Shown here: in pieces, positions 61,228 through 64,000 of the stretch
Layout: each line of letters begins with the position of its first letter
How positions within the stretch are numbered: position 1 is the first letter of the stretch
Source: an uncultured delta proteobacterium
Lineage (GTDB): Bacteria; Desulfobacterota; Zymogenia; Zymogenales; Zymogenaceae
Assembly (NCBI GenBank): GCA_963792965.1
Contig: CAWBYW010000004.1
Span: forward strand, 1-64,000
DNA: 64,000 nucleotides
Direction of reading: 5' to 3'
Position numbers and translations under genes: made by a program
The notes under the pieces: model-generated
The model's database searches: none
What the model was told of the DNA's origin: nothing
What the model saw: the letters and a program-made list of their open reading frames with translations, nothing else

Positions 61228-61288
61228 TTGACTTTCCTGCACCCGTTGGATAGAGTAGTACTGTTACTATTAGAGTAGTAACAGTACT
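61228..61288 (+). promoter_or_regulatory. Promoter and palindromic operator upstream of the ornithine operon
   Basis: TTGACT-17 bp-TAGAGT immediately followed by AGTACTGTTACTA-N6-TAGTAACAGTACT. Confidence 0.6.
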
Positions 61289-61345
61289 CAGAGACAAACG
61301 GCCGGGCTAACCGATAGTCGGCGTGATACATACGGGAGGGCAATT

Positions 61346-62392
61346 ATGAGCGATCCAATCAAAGTCGTCGTGTGGGGGACGGGCCAGATGGGGAGCGGCA
61401 TCATCAAGCTGGTGCGGCAGAAGAAGGGCATGGTGCTTTCGGGGGTAATCTCGGCCCGGAAGGAGCGGGACGGGATGGACGTGGGGACGGTGATCGGCGA
61501 AGAAAAACCGATCGGCCTCTCGATATCCACCGACGCCGCGGGCGTCCTGCGGAGGGTCAAGCCCGATATCGTCCTTCAGGCGACCTGTTCCCGGGTCGTA
61601 GACGCTTTTCCTGAGATCGAGACGATACTCTCGGCGGGGGCCAATGTCATCTCCATCGCCGAGGAGATGAGTTTTCCCCGTGTGAGCAGTCCCGACCTTG
61701 CCGACAAGATCGAGAAGCTCGCGAAGAAAAACCGGGTCTCGGCGCTCGGGACGGGCATCAACCCCGGCTTTGTCCTGGACCTCTTAGTTATCGCGCTGAC
61801 GGGCGTCTGTTTTCGGGTCGATTCCATCACCGCCCGGCGGGTCAACGACCTCTCCCCGTACGGGCCGTCGGTCCTCAAGACCCAGGGAGTGGGGATCAGT
61901 CCCGAGGAGTTCAAGAAAGGAGTGAAGGACGGCTCGGTGGTGGGGCACTTCGGCTTCCCCGAGTCGATCGGCATGATCGCAAAGGCGCTCGGCTGGGACA
62001 TCGAGAAAATCGAGCAAACGCGTGAACCCATCGTCAGCACCGTGGAGCGCAAAACCCCGTTCGTCACGATCAAACCGGGCTTCACCGCGGGCTGTAAGCA
62101 CACGGGCATCGGTTACATGAATAACAAGCCCGTCATCACCCTCATTCATCCCCAGCAGGTGCACCCGCACCTGGCAAACGTGACCACCGGCGACTATATC
62201 GAGATCTCGGGCAGCCCGAAGATTGCTTTTTCCGGCTCCCCGGAGATACCCGGCGGGATCGGGACGGAGGCCTTGGCCGTCAACATGATTCCCCAGGTCA
62301 TCAACGCCGTCCCGGGCCTCTATACCATGGCGGAGCTTCCGGTGCCGGCGGCGATCATGGGGGACGTAAGAAAACTCATCGGGGGGAAGTGA
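61346..62392 (+). CDS. ord: 2,4-diaminopentanoate dehydrogenase
   Basis: WGTGQMG, AEEMSFP, GTGINPGF, RVNDLSPYG, GHFGFPES, EIPGGIGT; followed by ortA/ortB. Confidence 0.9.
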   Translation: MSDPIKVVVWGTGQMGSGIIKLVRQKKGMVLSGVISARKERDGMDVGTVIGEEKPIGLSISTDAAGVLRRVKPDIVLQATCSRVVDAFPEIETILSAGANVISIAEEMSFPRVSSPDLADKIEKLAKKNRVSALGTGINPGFVLDLLVIALTGVCFRVDSITARRVNDLSPYGPSVLKTQGVGISPEEFKKGVKDGSVVGHFGFPESIGMIAKALGWDIEKIEQTREPIVSTVERKTPFVTIKPGFTAGCKHTGIGYMNNKPVITLIHPQQVHPHLANVTTGDYIEISGSPKIAFSGSPEIPGGIGTEALAVNMIPQVINAVPGLYTMAELPVPAAIMGDVRKLIGGK

Positions 62393-62393
62393 C

Positions 62394-62714
62394 ATGGCCG
62401 GCATCGTGAAAAAAGGAAGCTGGGTTGAGATCTACCGGGTGATCCTCCCGCCGGGGGAGCGGGCTCCCCAGGTCCCGGATGACACAAAGAAAGTCCCGCT
62501 TGAGATGAAGGTCAAGGGATTCTTAGATGCGGACGCGCGGATCGGCGACGAGGTCCAGGTGATCACGGCCGCCGGCAGGGCCGTTGGTGGAAAGCTTTCG
62601 GTGGTCAATCCCGCGTACACCCACGGCTTTGGGGAGCCGATCCAGGAGCTTATCTCGATCGGCCGGGAGGCAAAGGAAATCCTGGCGGTCGCCCGCGCAG
62701 GGAAGACGAGGTAG
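62394..62714 (+). CDS. ortA: 2-amino-4-oxopentanoate thiolase alpha subunit
   Basis: KGSWVEI..LPPGERAPQVPDDTKKVPLEM.VKG..NPAYTHGFG. Confidence 0.92.
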   Translation: MAGIVKKGSWVEIYRVILPPGERAPQVPDDTKKVPLEMKVKGFLDADARIGDEVQVITAAGRAVGGKLSVVNPAYTHGFGEPIQELISIGREAKEILAVARAGKTR

Positions 62715-62719
62715 CGATA

Positions 62720-64000
62720 ATGGGAAAAATGGGATACGCCGAGGTGATGGCCAAAAAGGCCGAGGTGATGAAGAAATCCGTCGGCATCGACTACGACCTC
62801 TTTCGGACCGGCCCCCTCTCGTTTGACTACGAGGCGATGATGACCAAGACCGGCTACACGATCCAGGAGGCGGCCAGGATTCAGGAGGAGACGGCGGTGG
62901 GACATACCCCGCTGGTCGAGCTCAAGAACCTCACGGAGCTTGCCCGCGCGGCCGCACCAGTGGGAAAGGGGGCCCGGATCTTCGTCAAGGACGAGGCGCA
63001 GAACCCCTCGGGCTCGTTCAAGGACCGGCGCGCCTCCATCTCGGTCTACGAGGCGGCCAAGAAAGGGTACCCGGGGGTTTCGGCCGCCACGTCGGGCAAT
63101 TACGGGGCCGCCGTCGCCTCACAGGCGGCAAAGCGGAGCCTTGGATGCATCATCGTCCAGGAAGCCTTCGACTCGCGGGGCGTGGCCCAGCCGGAGATCG
63201 CGGAGAAGACGCGAGCCTGCGAGGCCTACGGCGCCGAGGTGATCAGGCTGAGCGTGGGCCCGGAGCTTTTCTACGTCTTTCTCACGATCCTCATGGAGAC
63301 CGGCTTTTTCAACGCCTCCCTCTATACGCCCTTCTCCGTCCTCGGCATCGAGACGCTCGGCCTCGAGATCGCGCGCGAGGTCAAGGAGCGGGAGGGGAGA
63401 CACCCCGACGTGGTGATCGCGACGCACGCGGGCGGCGGAAACGTCACCGGCACGGGGCGCGGGCTCCTCAAGGCCGGCGCCGACACGACGCAGCTAATCG
63501 CCGCCAGCGTCGACCTGTCGGGGCTGCACATGGCATCCGACACGGACTTCAACAGAAAATCGTTTACGACGGGCCACACCGGGTTCGGCATCCCGTTTGC
63601 CACGTGGCCCGACCGCGCGGACGTCCCCCGAAACGCCGCGCGGCCGCTCAGGTATATGGATAGATTCGTGACCGTCACCCAGGGGGAGGTCTTCTACATC
63701 ACCCAGTGCCTGGCGGAGCTGGAGGGGATGGAGCGCGGGCCGGCGGGCAACACCTCGCTGACGGCGGCGTTTGCCATAGCGAGGGAGCTGCCGAAGGATA
63801 AGATCATCGTGGTGCAGGAGACCGAGTATACCGGCGCGGGAAAGCACCCGCTTGCCCAGCTCAACCTCGCCAAGGCGATGGGGGTAAAGGTGCGGCGGGG
63901 AGACCCGCGAGAAAATATTCCCGGAAAGTCGATTGTTATCCCCGGGGAGCCCTCACAGATCTCCGTTGTCGACGTTGAGCTGGACCGGTTGCGCAGGTCG
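62720..64000 (+). CDS. ortB: 2-amino-4-oxopentanoate thiolase beta subunit (PLP), runs off the window end
   Basis: Manual translation (absent from the ORF track): MKKSVGIDY..VGHTPLVEL..KDEAQNPSGSFKDRR..ATSGNYG..ERGPAGN..QETEYTGAGKH. Confidence 0.9.
   Translation, partial: MGKMGYAEVMAKKAEVMKKSVGIDYDLFRTGPLSFDYEAMMTKTGYTIQEAARIQEETAVGHTPLVELKNLTELARAAAPVGKGARIFVKDEAQNPSGSFKDRRASISVYEAAKKGYPGVSAATSGNYGAAVASQAAKRSLGCIIVQEAFDSRGVAQPEIAEKTRACEAYGAEVIRLSVGPELFYVFLTILMETGFFNASLYTPFSVLGIETLGLEIAREVKEREGRHPDVVIATHAGGGNVTGTGRGLLKAGADTTQLIAASVDLSGLHMASDTDFNRKSFTTGHTGFGIPFATWPDRADVPRNAARPLRYMDRFVTVTQGEVFYITQCLAELEGMERGPAGNTSLTAAFAIARELPKDKIIVVQETEYTGAGKHPLAQLNLAKAMGVKVRRGDPRENIPGKSIVIPGEPSQISVVDVELDRLRRS

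Noticed and set aside
1-64000. CRISPR arrays, rRNA, tRNA, prophage or integrase genes
   Set aside because: No regularly spaced repeats or diagnostic sequences seen by eye; a covariance-model scan was not possible

Overview
The window appears to be two unrelated genomic segments joined at about position 15150. Left segment (1-15150, roughly balanced GC, probably Dehalococcoidia/Chloroflexota by inference): an arsenic-methylation operon (arsR, small Cys-rich ORF, arsM, C-GCAxxG-C-C protein), an IS1202-like (ISNCY) insertion sequence, a second EF-G, etfBA, prmC-prfA, gatCA, an Lrp regulator with an aminotransferase, inositol monophosphatase and the last ~22 codons of a probable trpS. Right segment (15150-64000, visibly GC-richer, LPS-producing, Desulfobacterota/deltaproteobacteria-like by inference): a broken TPR/LA2681-HEPN-like gene, two Cys-rich V4R paralogs, a 9-gene sugar catabolic cluster, an acyl-CoA ligase/GNAT fusion, an ECF transporter, a histidine kinase lacking its phospho-His, Kbp-like BON/LysM, a pair of acyl-CoA dehydrogenases, two tandem zinc-ribbon/receiver proteins, lptB, a natural LptC-LptA fusion, kdsC, double-domain thyX, a maltodextrin-type ABC transporter and the start of the ornithine Stickland operon (ord-ortA-ortB). 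Many genes, including essential ones, carry single-base frameshifts that look like long-read sequencing errors. I found no rRNA, tRNA or CRISPR array. The best novelty candidates are the LptC-LptA fusion, the atypical signalling proteins (zinc-ribbon/receiver pair, V4R pair, His-less kinase), the isomerase/two-kinase/class II aldolase sugar pathway and the Cys-rich arsM-operon microprotein. All family assignments come from recognising motifs by eye; no database search was run.
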